This document shows positions 25,089 to 38,011 of a stretch of DNA of 64,000 bases, piece by piece; position 1 is the stretch's first letter; the number at the start of each line of letters is the position of its first letter. The notes beneath the pieces were generated by a model. It had not been told where the DNA came from, made no database searches, and saw nothing but the letters and a program-made list of their open reading frames with translations. The translations under genes were made by a program, and so were the position numbers. Source of the DNA: Podarcis erhardii (taxonomy: Eukaryota); assembly GCA_964252035.1 (NCBI GenBank), contig OZ176200.1; one strand, written 5' to 3'.

Positions 25089-25888
25089 AATAATATTCCA
25101 ATATTTCAACATGGGACCACAATGGAGAGATTTTGACATGGACATGGACACTAATAATACTAATAATAATAATTTGGGAACCCCTCTTGGACTTTTTTAT
25201 GGGAAAGGAAAATACTTGGACTTGGAGGATATATTGTTTAACAGAAAGTGGAGAAGATGGGTGTTATCATGGACTGAATGTCTTAAATAACATTTTTAAA
25301 AAATGTAACCAGCAGATGGGAAATCAGAAGTCCTTTTAATTTTTCTTTATTGTTTCTTTCCCCTTTTTTCTTCTCTCTCTTTCATTTCTCTTCCGGCTTC
25401 CTTCTCTTTCTTTCTCTCCCCTTCCCCTGCTCTTCTCTTTCTCCTTAGGCATCTTCTGCTTGGGTGCACCCATGGGGGGGTGGCCGGTGGAGAGACCTGT
25501 GTGTGAGAGGCAGGGAAATGCTGGTCTCCCAGGTTGAGAGGCTAGGAGGAGAAAAGAAAAAAAGATCCTCAGTGAGAGCTAAGAGGGACTATTGCAGGCA
25601 TAGGCAAACTCAGCCCTCCAGATGTTTTTGGCCTACAACTCCCATCATCCCTAGCTAACAGGACCAGTGGTCAGAGATTATGGGAATTGTAGTCCCAAAA
25701 CATCTGGAGGGCCGAGTTTGCCTATGCCTGGGCTATTGGGTTAAGAACAACCTTTAAGAGACGACTCTGTATTCTATTTGTATTTTTTGTAGATTTTTCC
25801 CCCCCAATCGTTTTCTATATCTTACCATATAATGAAATTTTAAAATAAAAAATAAAAAAAAACCAAAAAAAAACCCCACATACAGTAA
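25089..25888 (+). mobile_element. 5'-truncated L1/Tx1-like LINE 3' end with 20-bp TSD, containing a nested hAT MITE
   Basis: ATTAGAACTATTTCATTTGC at 25069-25088 and 25889-25908. Inside are a pyrimidine tract, AATAAA and an A-rich tail (~25845-25873). The clade assignment is inferred. Confidence 0.7.
25595..25730. mobile_element. 136-bp hAT MITE (near-fully palindromic) with 8-bp TSD
   Basis: CAGGCATAGGCAAACTC...GAGTTTGCCTATGCCTG, flanked by GACTATTG / GGCTATTG. Confidence 0.88.
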
Positions 25889-27388
25889 ATTAGAACTATT
25901 TCATTTGCCATCCTGGGTCAGGGCTCATCCAGACTTCTCTTTGTACCATGATTTTTAGATACAAGTCTGTGCTTTCCAGGCAGGGGTCTGAGCGGTGGGG
26001 GGTTTGGGGAGGGGGGGGGACTATCCTTCTGCTTTTCCTGGGAAAACTTGCTGTTTACTGCTGAATCGGACATCAGTCCGCAGAAAAACCCAGTTGATGT
26101 TTGTTTCAATTCAGTCGTATTTGTCCAACAACCCACTTGGACCCATGTCTAGAAAGCATGGACCTGTGCCTACAAATCACTGCCCTAATGGAAGTCTGGG
26201 TGAGCCCTCAGCACAGTTGCAATGCTGGTTCCATGCAAACCATGATTTGCAAACTGAAGCCCAGCATTTAAAGCATGTAGTCTATTCACTGTAGTCTCCT
26301 TTCTGATCATTGATTTAGAAAGCTCAATAATTCTCCTGTGGTTAATTACTATATACATGTATTTCCTAGTGGTGACCCTACACACTTCGCTGAAGAATCT
26401 AAAATGCCTGAAATCCACCTTTTTATAATTTTCATCACAAAGCAGCATATTTATATGAGCTGTCTGTTTTATAGACATGTTAAGAAAACTGAGTATACTC
26501 AATAGGCAGTCGCTATGCATCTGCCTCAGGCCTGCCCTACCACCAATCATTTGGCATAATGTTTAAATGTGATGTTAATTCTCATGCACGGGCATCCATT
26601 ATGTACAACCATTCCTCCTTGATTTTGAGATAACTGTGCAGTACTATGGTACACATACAGGAATGCTTGTGCCGATGCCCTATTTTCTTAGGAAAGGGCA
26701 ATTGTTCATTGATTATGGGGAAACCAAGAAAACAACACAACATTTACTTTAAGACTTCAAGTGAGTTATAAACAGAGGAGACAGTAATTTTCCCCATGAG
26801 TAGGTTTTTGAGCAGCAGCACAAAGCCCTGCAAGTACATTTATACACTGCTGTGTACAGATATATACTTGCACCAGTAGGATATCAGAGCTGTGATATTG
26901 TTCTGAGGCTTACTCTAGCAAATATATCAGCAAGGATATTCTGGAAAAGGGTGATAATATTGCTAAGATTTATCTAAGAACAGCATTAAGGAAACAATGT
27001 GGTTCACATCCCACTGAAGCAAATGGCCAAACTTCCACTGTGCAGCTCAATCATTTACTGCAGAGATTTTTGTAACTGGGCTGGGCTCCAACAAGGAAGC
27101 TGGCTCCTATTTCTTTCCCTTTATGTACACCTCTGGCTTTTTACCACAGGCGTAAACAGCTTATGTAGTATCTTCAAATGTCTTCTCCTGTATTCCTGTG
27201 TTTTGCAAAACTGTTGGTGTTTATTCAATGCAAGGGAAACCTGCAGTTTTCAAGGCCCCGTTCATCGCTCTCCCTTTATATCATACACACAAATAGCCCA
27301 ACCTATAAGTTGTTTATGATCTGATCTAGATGAGCACATCTCAGAAGTCGGACCATTGTTCCTAACCTCCTTTGTATTCCTTGTACAG

Positions 27389-27572
27389 AAGAACTCAAAG
27401 AGAAGCTAACAGAATATGTTGATGAGGTGAACACACGGAAGTCTGGGTTCATCAAGGTGGTTCGACACAACAAGCAAGAGGGGCTGATTCGCTCTCGTGT
27501 TAGTGGCTGGAGGGCAGCCACGGCTCCCGTAGTTGCACTCTTTGATGCACATGTAGAATTCAACGTGGGATG
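27389..27572 (+). CDS. GALNT18: GALNT18 coding exon (probable exon 4, 184 nt), GT-A catalytic domain with DxH motif
   Basis: Acceptor ttgtacag|AA, donor TG|gtatgt. Translates (E)ELKEKLTEYVDEVNTRKSGFIKVVRHNKQEGLIRSRVSGWRAATAPVVALFDAHVEFNVG(W), recognisable as GALNT18. Confidence 0.96.
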
Positions 27573-30500
27573 GTATGTGCCTTGCTGCTTCTGGTCTATG
27601 TCATTTGGTAGAGTTTGTTTGCGCATGTTCAGAAAAGTTCTATAGAAGAGTTAATGTCGATCTCTACATTAACTCTAATGTAGGGATCTAATCCTCTAAT
27701 GGTGTATTAAATATGTATCCACTGATTAAAAATTCATTAAGTGGCAACGACTGAAGTCTTCATCATCCTTTAAATTCCACAGGAGTTTGGCCATTGCTTT
27801 CAGTGAGTTAATGAATGCAATTAAAATGTACTTAGATTAAATCTGAGCACACAAGTGTGAAAAGTACCCCTATTCCACTGATTTTTGGAGGACTTTGAAC
27901 AGTGGGGAAACTATTAGTCCATTCAAAATGAACACATAGGATCCTGCCCTCTCTCAGAATTGGCTTTGTTACATTGTCATCTAGCCAAATGCCACTGGCT
28001 GTGTAGTACTGTGGCATCATCATCCTGACTACCTTGATACCTGATTGGTTGGCAGCATGTTAGGTTTAACCTGTTGTTGTTTTAGATGGTGCCAAGGTAG
28101 CAGCCAGTCACTCAGGGCTGCAGATAACAGCAAACAATATGAGCAAGAGAGGGATTAAGGATATAATAGCTGTCCCCTCACAAAAGAATAATTGAGATGT
28201 ACATGTGCACTGACACTTGCATGAAAACAGCCAGGCTGGTGAGATGTAATGCAAGTCCCTGGTGTAACAGGCAGACCATCGGGCTGTTAAAGCCAATAGC
28301 TGAAGCTTCATTGGCCTCTCTAGACTCAGCATTACATACAACACTTTAGTAAGTCACGTATAGACAGTTCTTAATATATAACTAGCCTGAATAGCTTGGT
28401 TCAGAACATGCAAATATTATTTGGCTGATAAAATTAAATGAATGCATGCTAATGGCTTAGAAGGTCTCTGTATTGGTAGTGTTACTATTCTTATTTGTTC
28501 TTACCCTGTATATAATTCCTGATAAAAGAGTAAGGTGGATTCTGTTTGAGTGGGCATCACCTAGGCAGAAGACATAGAAAGACACAATCTTCAGAGCCTG
28601 AAAGGTTGCACAAATCTGACACCTTTTAAAATGACCATATCTGTGCCATATAATTGTATTCTATGGAAGTTGATTTCTATGTCAACTGGAGAGGTGAAAG
28701 GGGTGGAAGATGATAGGTGTCCGATAAGAAATACAAAGAAAGTGTTTAGCTTTTTAAAATCATGTTTTGAAGAAGAATATGTGAGGAAAGGTAAAAATAG
28801 AGATGCTGAAGGATAAAACTCAGGGAAAGATATGTCCCTACATTCTGCTAAAGTGGCAGTCAAAAAGGAACCGAGGGGGAAAATGTGCTCTTTCTGCCCT
28901 CAAGCCAGGAATAGCACATGGGACATCTCTGCTTGTGGACAAGGGCCAGCATGTAAAGCTCTAGAAGTTTATAAAGTGCTGCTCTGTGGAGGTGCAGATC
29001 CCACATGTCACCTCTTGAAGAACATCAGTTATAGGCAAGTTACCTATATTGAATTTGGCACTGTCCCATCACAGTGGTGGTGCTCTGCAGAAACAGTGAG
29101 CCAGCAACTAGCATCATTTTGGTACACACAGCAATTTATCTCACTTTTCACATACAATTCCTGCATTTAGGAAGGTATAATAGGATAAGCTAACGTGCTC
29201 AGTTATCTGTTCAGTTTCCTTGAGTGTAAGGAGGGGATTTTTTTTTAGCCAAGTGGTTCATAATGTAGTCAGAGTCTAAAAACATTTAAGGGGGTTGTAA
29301 AACATGGCCTTAACTTTGAAATCTTTTAAAAATGAAGGCATCTGTAGTCTTAATATTCCTGTGTGGTCAGATAATGTCAGAGGAGGGCTCTTATCTGTAC
29401 ACACAAAAGGGACAGGGACAGAAGTCCTCCGGAGATATGAATAGGAAAAGAATTTTTGATAGATAAGCTCAATCCATTTTCTGAACAGAGAATTCCAACA
29501 AAAGAAAATTGAGGTGGGGTATGCAGGTTGGCTGTGTATAGCTAAGAAGCAAGAGTTCTTAAGGTGGATACAGTAGATAGAACTCTGTATTACCACCTGT
29601 TCCTTTTGATCCCAGTCCCTGCTGCTTTATACTGTCGAACAGCAGTATGCCCTGTTCCATCTTTCTGCCCTGCTGATCCAAACCTTAAATAGTCTTCTAA
29701 ACAAACACACATGCAAACCAAATTACAAAGGGAACACAAAATATATGCACTTCCTTGAATATAAACTTCCTTGGCATTATCTTGCCATTGTGCTATAAAT
29801 CCTAAAGGCCAGGAAAGTAAGTTGTTTGGCCTTTATGGGTCATTCAGACCTGAGCTTTTGTTGTGCATCTTGTTTTGGTTCTGTTCCTAAAATAGGAACA
29901 AGGAACGGCACACTCTTAGTACCACTCTTCACCTTTCTCCAAGACTATGCCATGTGCCAAATGGGCATAATGTACATCAGTGGCACCATGTACTGGTGCA
30001 ATTAATTCTGCATTCATAGAACCATCTTGCTGCATTCCCCCCCCTTCCAAATATACCCAAGACTATAGTTAATTAAAATTGGAGACCTTGCTTACCTCAG
30101 CAATAAGCACAACATTGGCTAGGGTTACTAGTAAGAAGGTTTTTGCAATCTACACCCATTTTTTGTTATTACATGCATAACTCTATGAGAAAATGGAGCA
30201 TTCCCTATTCCCATGGTATGTGCAGGGCTTGATTGCTGGATGGCAGCCAAAATGTCTAGTTCTAAGTTGGACGATCTTGAAGTCCTCAGTCTCCTACTTT
30301 TTCTTCATTTGTGTGTGCCAGGGGTAGAAGGCGTCCCTAAGCAATCTATTGACATAAAGCATGTGCAGAAATATCCAGTTAATATGCAGCAGACTCATCC
30401 TATTGTGTGGTTTATGATTAAAGTTAATTATAGCTTTCCAAGGTGCAAAACGTTGCACTAACTTGGAAAATACTGGGTTTAGCTGTAAATTTTAAAATAC

Positions 30501-31149
30501 AATTCCATCAATAAATCAGTATGGGCATTTCCTTAGAAAATATCAGGTGTTCATATGGAAAGTGGATTCAGATAATGACTCAAATCAATAATTTTCTGTT
30601 TGGTGACTGAAACCAATTTCACCTGATTAGACAATGCTTTGGGTTTTTATTTGTAAAGGTGGGAGACTGAGTTTAAATCCCCCTTTTTGCTTTGTGGCTT
30701 TATGCCGAAACCATGGTAATTTTGACTGTGGCTCAGGTCAGATATTGAGTGCCATGTGATAACCCACGTGAGATCAGGGTGCTGTGGCAGGGTTTTGTGG
30801 AGTTGTTATTTCATGGAGCCCCAGGAAAATGAAATTGCACCAGTGGTAGCACTGAATTGGCTCTGCTGGTGTGTTTGCACCACACCAACATTGTCACTTC
30901 GCCCCTCTCTTTCTTGGTAAGCAGCAGTGATGCATTTGACTGAAGGTCAGGGAAGCACCAGTGTCCCACTAAATCATCCACCCCTGCTGTTGTTGCCTAG
31001 AACTTGGTTGCAGACCAAGATTGACGGGCTGGTTCCTCCACCTCCAGCTGAAGATAAGCTCTGCACAACACAGACTCTTAATATTTGCCTCTCAGTGCAT
31101 GTAACCCCAAATATGCCTTGTGGCATGGAAAAGTAAATATCAGAAGAAG

Positions 31150-31450
31150 GAACCTGTGTTGGAGCACATTGCCACATATTTGCATGTGGAATTCTGGGAA
31201 TGCCCAGAATTGTTAGTATTAAAAAAAGGAAATGGGGGCAACAGTGGTTCATAATCAGTGCTGTTCTGGCTAAAACTGCAATTAATCTCTTCAAGAAAGA
31301 TTCTGATAATTATTCTACTGTGAAACTAATTCAACATATTTTAAAAGCTGCCAAATTAGTAATTATTAAAATCTGGAAATCATCACAACTTTCCAATAGC
31401 AAACTGTGATATGTTAAGCAATGGGGTGTGTTATAAATGGAGAAAGCAGC
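31150..31450 (+). mobile_element. Degenerate L1/Tx1-like ORF2 C-terminal fragment
   Basis: Peptide LIQHILKAAKLVIIKIWKS resembles the AA(R/K)xxIxxxWK motif of L1-clade ORF2 ends. Boundaries are approximate. Confidence 0.45.
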
Positions 31451-33256
31451 AGGTCAGGCACAAATAGTTCTCCTCTTAGGAGAATCATTACAGGGCTTAA
31501 CCGATTTTTACTATAATTGGGGAGGGGGGTTATAATCTCTTTCAGAACAATTGAGACCATATCATCCGTTAGCTGACAACATTTTTCTTAAGAATCGCTA
31601 GCTGGCTGAGAAAGGACAAGGCCTATGAGTACGTTTTAAGTGCCATTTCCTCATGATGGAGGGCAATAACTATTTTTTCAACCCAAGCACTAACCCAGCC
31701 ATTTTGATTGTGCTCACATGAATGAACCCACCATGCCATGCAGACAGTCATAGATATAGAGGCCACAACTATAGCTATGAAGATCCTGGAAATGGTTGTT
31801 GGTTATATCAGTGGTTGCTTCCCACATGCCTCTTCACAGAAGGATATACCTTATGCTTTCAGGGAATTAGCCACAGATCACAGGGCATAACTTTTCTGGA
31901 AGAGTTCCCCCCTCCCCCAAGGCATTGTCCAATGTAATTACCTATTCTACTCATTAGTGGCTTTAATTATAGTGTATGTCAAAGATTCATGCTTCAGGAA
32001 AAACCCATTACATAATAAGTAATATTCCTTTGCTGCTGGAGATTTGCTGAAGTTCGCTGTTCAGTATTTCATATCTTCAGTGTCTGATAGTGCCTGCTTA
32101 TTAATTTATTTAAATCTATCTAGACCAGTCTTCATCCAAACCTATTCCAGGTGGTGTACAATGGGCATGCATAAAACTGCTCATGCCAGATGCAACAAAA
32201 TGGAAGCAAGAATCAACATTCACAACGAATTAGCATCAATAAAACTTTCAAACTATAATGCAGAGTAAACACAACCATTTAAAATGCCTGGGCAAAAAAT
32301 AAAATAAAAAATAACCGGTGCTGGAAATAATGTAATGTCAACTGCTTCTAATTATTTGGCTGCCTCACCTGGCCAATTACTGAGACATGCTAAATTAATA
32401 TTATGTTTTGTTTTCTGATTTCAATCCTGATAAAAGAAGACTCTTTGAAAGGGTAGAAGCCTTTAATCTTAGGACAGCTCTGTTCTTGCTGATATCCTTG
32501 ATCGTTTGACAGCTGTAAGCTGTAAGGATAATTGTCACCAATATGAAAGTCCTAATCTCTTCTTATCACTGAGGCAAGAAAGTAACAGGGAAACATGCTA
32601 AATGGTAAAACTGTTGTGTGTAGGAGCTCTAAAGATCTTAAGTGAAGTTAAAGGATCCCACTGACATCAGTAGAAGTTCAGAGCAGGAGGAGAGGAGAGA
32701 GGGAGAAGGAAGAGCTATGAGTGGGAGGGGCTCCTTTCCCCATCCTCTTGACCTCAACAAACCTGCTGCACCTGGAACTGGGTGTGGAAAGTGCAGCTGA
32801 ATGGAACACAGCTGTGGGCAGCCTAAAGAAATACCATCCACCTTGTCCTGTCCATAAAAAAGAAAGTCTAGAGTGAGATACCAGGGTGTTTCTAGGAACT
32901 TTTCTTGTTGTGAGACTTTTGTGGGTGAGTTGAGAGTTTGGACCCTGGGTGAGAACCAGGAAGCTGAGAGGAATGGTATATCAGAAGGAAAATGAATTGC
33001 TATAGATTTTTATATACTTAAATCTTTGCATTAATGGAACATCTTTATATGAAACTGTGTATTTTTATAATATTTTGTTAAAGTTGACTGTTGCTGCTTC
33101 AGTTTTTTTGTAAACCGCTTAGAGAAATTTTTAATATACTAAGTCGTATAGAAATTTAAAATTAAATGAAGGAAGAAAATAGGAATTAAGCTGATGATTA
33201 TAACTCTTGGAACACTCTGATTGTCTTCTCTATCTGCCCCACCCCCCACCCCTTAG

Positions 33257-33454
33257 GGCTGAACCGGTACTAACCAGAATCAAGGAAAACAGAAAAAGAG
33301 TCATTTCGCCATCATTTGATAACATCAAATATGACAATTTTGAAATAGAAGAGTATCCTCTGTCTGCACAAGGATTTGATTGGGAATTATGGTGCCGATA
33401 TTTAAACCCACCCAAGTCATGGTGGAAGTTGGAAAACACAACTGCTCCTATAAG
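33257..33454 (+). CDS. GALNT18: GALNT18 coding exon (probable exon 5, 198 nt)
   Basis: Acceptor ccttag|G, donor AG|gtaaaa. Translates AEPVLTRIKENRKRVISPSFDNIKYDNFEIEEYPLSAQGFDWELWCRYLNPPKSWWKLENTTAPI(R). Phase matches the neighbouring exons. Confidence 0.96.
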
Positions 33455-33524
33455 GTAAAACATGTAAATGTGAGTCATGCTGAGAAACAGCCACAAGAGA
33501 GGGCTACTGCTTTCATATCCTGCT

Positions 33525-33683
33525 TGAGGGCCTCCTGTTGGTTAGACCATGGTGCTGATAACACCAAGGTTGCAGGTTCGATCCCTGTATGGACCAGCTG
33601 CATATTCCTGCATTGCAGGGGGTTGGACTAGATGATCCTCAGGGTCCCTTCCAACTCTACAGTTCTATGATTCTATGATTCTA
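33525..33683 (+). mobile_element. SINE with tRNA head and CR1-type 3' tail
   Basis: GGTTAGACCATGG...GGTTCGATCCC (B box), then GGACTAGATGATCCTCAGGGTCCCTTCCAACTCT and a (TTCTATGA)n CR1 octamer-type tail. Confidence 0.8.
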
Positions 33684-35385
33684 GGATGCAGGACTAGATA
33701 GGCATTTGGTCTGATCCATCTGGCCTCTTCTTACATTAAAAAAAATTCAAATTATGCGGGTGGATTTGGGTGTCATTTGGTTAAACCCCTGTGGCCAATG
33801 GCTCACCCACAGTGGGGCATTTTCAGTTCCAATAAAATACTGTTTTTATGTAACCATGACAAATTACAGAGCTGCTGTCACTATTTATACAGTCACTGGC
33901 ACACTGTAATGGAAGGCCATGGCTGGTTGTAAAAAAGGCTGAAATATGCAGGTTTGCAGCAAAAGCAAGCCTGTTTCCCCCTGAGGATATATTTGGGAAA
34001 TCTCCCATGCTGTGAAGAGTGTACTTTCGTTCCCCACCCTCCACCCCCATGCATAGCACTGATGTCTTGATGCAACATAATGAGGAATGATTGGCATTTT
34101 CTTCATCATGAAGTTCACAAGGAACAGCTTCCCCTAGTTCCAAGCTGACACTTTGCTATCATCTGTACAAGCAGGGAAGGGAGATTTCAGGGGTGTGATT
34201 TAATTTTTTTAAAAGAATTTTTACGATCACATCAGGAGCAGATGCCTCAGTTTATCACAGCTTGATTATCATTGTCTTGATGAATGCAAAATGGTGTATC
34301 CTGTTCTATAACAACCCCCTGTACCCTTTAATTAGCATCCTGTTGTCCCCAGTGCACTTCTTTTGCTCACATAATGGCACAAGTGACATTTTTCTATTTG
34401 TCAGCCTGCATGACAAAGCAAGAGTAGGGCTAAAGCCAGATTAATTGTTCCATTCTCAGCCACTTTATAAATACTGTGTGGCTGAATCTCAACCAGTTCA
34501 AATGCCATTGAAGACTAGCCGGACAAGAGGCCAAAAGATGCAATGCCTAGGTCTTCCTGAACATTTCCTCCCCTTGTTGCATGGCAGTATTTGGAGTCAT
34601 TACATTGAACTGAGTCGCTGAGTCCAATGAACGATGGAGCCAGCCACACTTCAGACAAGCATTTAAAAATGTTCTCTGAAACCTTTGCAACATCAGTATC
34701 TATCACACAGTAGCCCTGTGCAGCTAGCATATGTGGTGATAACAAAGCATCATGGCATGTGCTGGCTGTCCCTGTCCCATCCATGCATTTACTAAAAGCT
34801 GCCAATAGCTTTGGGTGAATGTGCAGCCAATGGGTACAATGCTGCTTATCTCCATTCATGCATTGATATCTCCACAAATGTAATCTTAACTGGGCTAAAG
34901 AAACCCATTTGAGCAGCCCAGTTCTACCTTGGAGTCTTTATGACTGCAAAAAGTTTGCAATGCATTTTATTTTATTAGTTACAAAGGTCTTAGCCTGGAC
35001 ACTATTTGTAGGAGACATCGTAGGAGGTCCATGTAAACTATTTTGAGGTTCTCTGAGGATAAACAGGACAGCCATGTAATCAAGGAATGTATTGGTTACT
35101 TGAGGGGCCACAATTAATAGCACCAAAATACCAGGTTCCTGCCAGTACCCAAGATGAATAAGTTGCTCACGGCTTCGGTCAGCTTTGGTCCAGTCCAGAA
35201 GAAAATTCAGCTTATTCTGAGTGCAAGCCAGATCTTTGTTAATTTATCCCACTATTGGAGGTGGGAATGAATAAGACACACAAATTTTATGGTTGGGGAA
35301 TTTACCTTAAATGAGGCATACCTGAAATTCACCAAGCTGACTAAATTCCAGTGTTTTAATATTTGCTGCTTTTTTTTCTGTCTAG

Positions 35386-35500
35386 GAGCCCTGCACTAAT
35401 TGGATGCTTCATAGTAGACAGAGAATATTTCCAAGAGATTGGTCTGCTAGATGAAGGCATGGAGGTCTATGGAGGTGAAAACGTAGAACTTGGGATCAGG
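35386..35500 (+). CDS. GALNT18: GALNT18 coding exon (probable exon 6, 115 nt), Gal/GalNAc-T motif YGGEN
   Basis: Acceptor ttctgtctag|G, donor AGG|gtaaga. Translates SPALIGCFIVDREYFQEIGLLDEGMEVYGGENVELGIR. Not listed in the ORF track. Confidence 0.96.
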
Positions 35501-35616
35501 GTAAGAAACCATCGGGAACCAACTAGCAGATTTTAGATGAGGAAAAAGTAATAGATGATGAAGTCAGAATTGGAAACACACAAAAAGATTGGATTCTGAG
35601 TCTCAAAAATCAGATA

Positions 35617-35850
35617 CAGTCTTGGCTCCCGAACAAATCGGCTCCCGAACAATTGAAACCCAGAAGTGAGTGTTCTGGTTTTCGAATGATTTCCGGAAGC
35701 CGAATGTTCAGCATGGCTTCCGCGGCTTCCAGTTGGCTGCAGGACGCTCCTGCAGCCAATCGGAAGCTGCGCCTTGGTTCCTTGGTTTTTGATCGGTTCC
35801 AGGAGTCAAACAGACTCCCGGAATGCATTCTGTTCAAGAAGGTACAAATG
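35617..35850. mobile_element. Tigger-like MITE, family C, with damaged TIRs
   Basis: TA|CAGT...GGCTCCCGAAC repeats and internal ATTGGCTGCAGGA...CCTGCAGCCAATCGGAAGC palindrome-like arms. Ends AAGGTACAAATG|TA. Confidence 0.6.
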
Positions 35851-36529
35851 TATTGGATGAAAATAATATATTGTTGAGTAGTATCTTACATATCTTGAAT
35901 ATACAAGCTCTTCCTCAGCTTCAATTAATTAATAATCAAACAGATAAGAGAACAGCTTTCTGTACTGGTTTACTGTTCATCAAAAATTATATTGAATCTT
36001 GGCTAAGGTCTTCTGATTTATGTAATAAGCCCAATATTACTCCTTAATTGATCAATAAATAACTTTCCCTTGGCAGGAGTACAAACATTGATTGCTTTAC
36101 CACTATGAAAAATAATATGTTTTAAGTTAATAAGATTATCAATCAATAACTCTTTTAATTTTTTTTACCATGCTGTAATACAGAAGAAAAGTATTTGAAA
36201 CCTTGGTGCTGTCTCAGCATGTCAGAGAGACTAGTTAATTTGTGCTTTTGGTTCCTGTTCAAAAGCTCTCTGGATATCCGCCCCCCACCCCCCAGTCCAT
36301 TACTGCATAATTGTAATGAAGGTGTTTTGCATTTTCCCATCATACTTTTTATACCTTGATATAAGTGTAAAATCATATTAGATATTTGCCAATAGGGCGA
36401 CTATCAATGTATTTATCAAAAGTACTGTGTTGAATCCAGTTGCCTTTCCTTGAATTGAAGTCCCCACCTCACCAGTGGACCCAAATTTGTGCCCCTGTGC
36501 AAGCAGGGTAGGGAGCAGGGTACTTGGTC

Positions 36530-36610
36530 AGCTGCTTCTCTGTCCTGAATCTTGCAACATTCAGCTTCATTGGATGTCCATGACTTCTTCTTGTGTTATG
36601 ACAGAGAAGT
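36530..36610 (-). mobile_element. CR1 ORF2 fragment
   Basis: CAACATTCAGCTTCATTGGATGTCC..GTGTTATGACAGAG resembles antisense CR1 3' ORF2. Confidence 0.4.
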
Positions 36611-37471
36611 AAAAACCGACTACCTTAGAAGCCTGTGGAAAAAATAAATAAGAGAAAGGACATAAACAATGCTTAGTGTTAAGTACTGTAAAATGATAGT
36701 GTAAAATAGTTTAAATATTTTAAAATTTTGCTGAACAAATGAACCTTGGATAAGATTCATTGCCCTCTTTTAATTAAAGTTTTGTTGGTAGCAAGAGCAG
36801 CACCCTCCAGACACATCTGTTTTAAACACAGTTGAGCCACTTTAGAAGCCGATAAAATATGAGACAGATGTGCTCTTCCTTCTCAGCATAGGCTGTACAT
36901 ATTTATAGAATACTGAGTCTGTATAATCATACAATTTTCATTCCACTCGATGCCATTTGTTTATTAGCAACAATCTATGTGATTTATGTATCTCATTTCA
37001 GTCTCTCTAACTCCTTCCAAAAAATGTAATACTATTGGTTTTTTAGAGGGCCAGCTGATTTTTAGAGCAAGTGAAAGTATCCTAAGGAAGACAGCTGGAT
37101 TGGTTTGAGCCACTTTACAAAAATAGATTTATGAACTATGCCATGCACAGCTTAACAGCACACAGCTCTTATTTGCCTTCTGTGGCTTTTTAGGTCATCG
37201 GCACAGAGCATGCATGGTGTAGCCACAATCCAGCAGGACGTGATACATCCCACACCAGAGGCAAATGCTCAGTCATTTAGCAGCCATTCACTTCCAGAAA
37301 TGTCTTGGGAGCCACACAATGTGACATGTTGTGTTTTTCCTTGCAAGGCATTCCAGGAAATGTGGCTGGTGGGAAGTTGTGAGTAACGTAGGGGTAGCAG
37401 TAGTAGTAGAGACAATGAAAAAACCTTCATAATGCTAGGTAATATTAGAGGCAGCACTTTCTCCCCAAATA

Positions 37472-38011
37472 CCGTATTTTTCACTCCATAAGACGCTCCT
37501 GACCCTAAGACGCACCTAGTTTTTAGAGGGGGAAAGCAAGAAAAAAAATTTCTGCGCAGAGCATGTAAGCGGCTCTCGCTTTTCTTCCTTTAAAGCAAGC
37601 AAAGCGAGAGCCATTTACATGGCTTCTCTTCCGCTTGTAAGGGGCCCTTAAAGGAGCCCCTTCTGTCCTTCCTCCCGCTTCGCTGAGAAGCCAGCAGATA
37701 AGCCAGAGGAGCTGCGCAGCTCTGGCTCTTGTTCTGCTGGCTTCCCAGTGAAGCGGAAGGTGGGACGGAAGGGAGGGAGCCCTTACAAGGAGCCCCTTCC
37801 GTCCCTCATCCCACTTCACTGAGAAGCCAGCAGAGCAAGAGTGACAGATGGGAGCCATGGCTCTGGCTGTGGAGGCATCCCTCAGCTCGCGACTGCAGCG
37901 GTAGCTGAGGGATCCCTCTGCCACCCAGTGCATTCGCTCCATAAGACGCATAGACATTTCCCCTTACTTTTTAGGAGGAAAAAAGTGCGTCTTATGGAGT
38001 GAAAAATACGA
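37472..38011. mobile_element. 540-bp Tc1/mariner-superfamily non-autonomous element (CCGTA-type TIR)
   Basis: TA|CCGTATTTTTCACTCCATAAGACGC ... GCGTCTTATGGAGTGAAAAATACGA|TA gives ~25-bp TIRs and a TA TSD. No transposase sequence is present. Confidence 0.88.

Noticed and set aside
1-27388. Upstream GALNT18 exon (LPEVSIVFIFVNEALS...DDNS) and, in 57306-64000, the next lectin exon (NVYYTSSQQ...)
   Set aside because: Neither peptide was found by inspection, so both probably lie outside the window. A TBLASTN search would confirm this.
33525-33590. tRNA gene (also 39303, 57925, 7809)
   Set aside because: A and B boxes are present, but there is no complete cloverleaf and they run into LINE-type tails, so these are SINE heads.
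37523-37957. 144-aa minus-strand ORF, the longest in the track
   Set aside because: It lies wholly inside a TIR-bounded MITE, has no DDE or HTH motifs, and is open because the interior is GC-rich.
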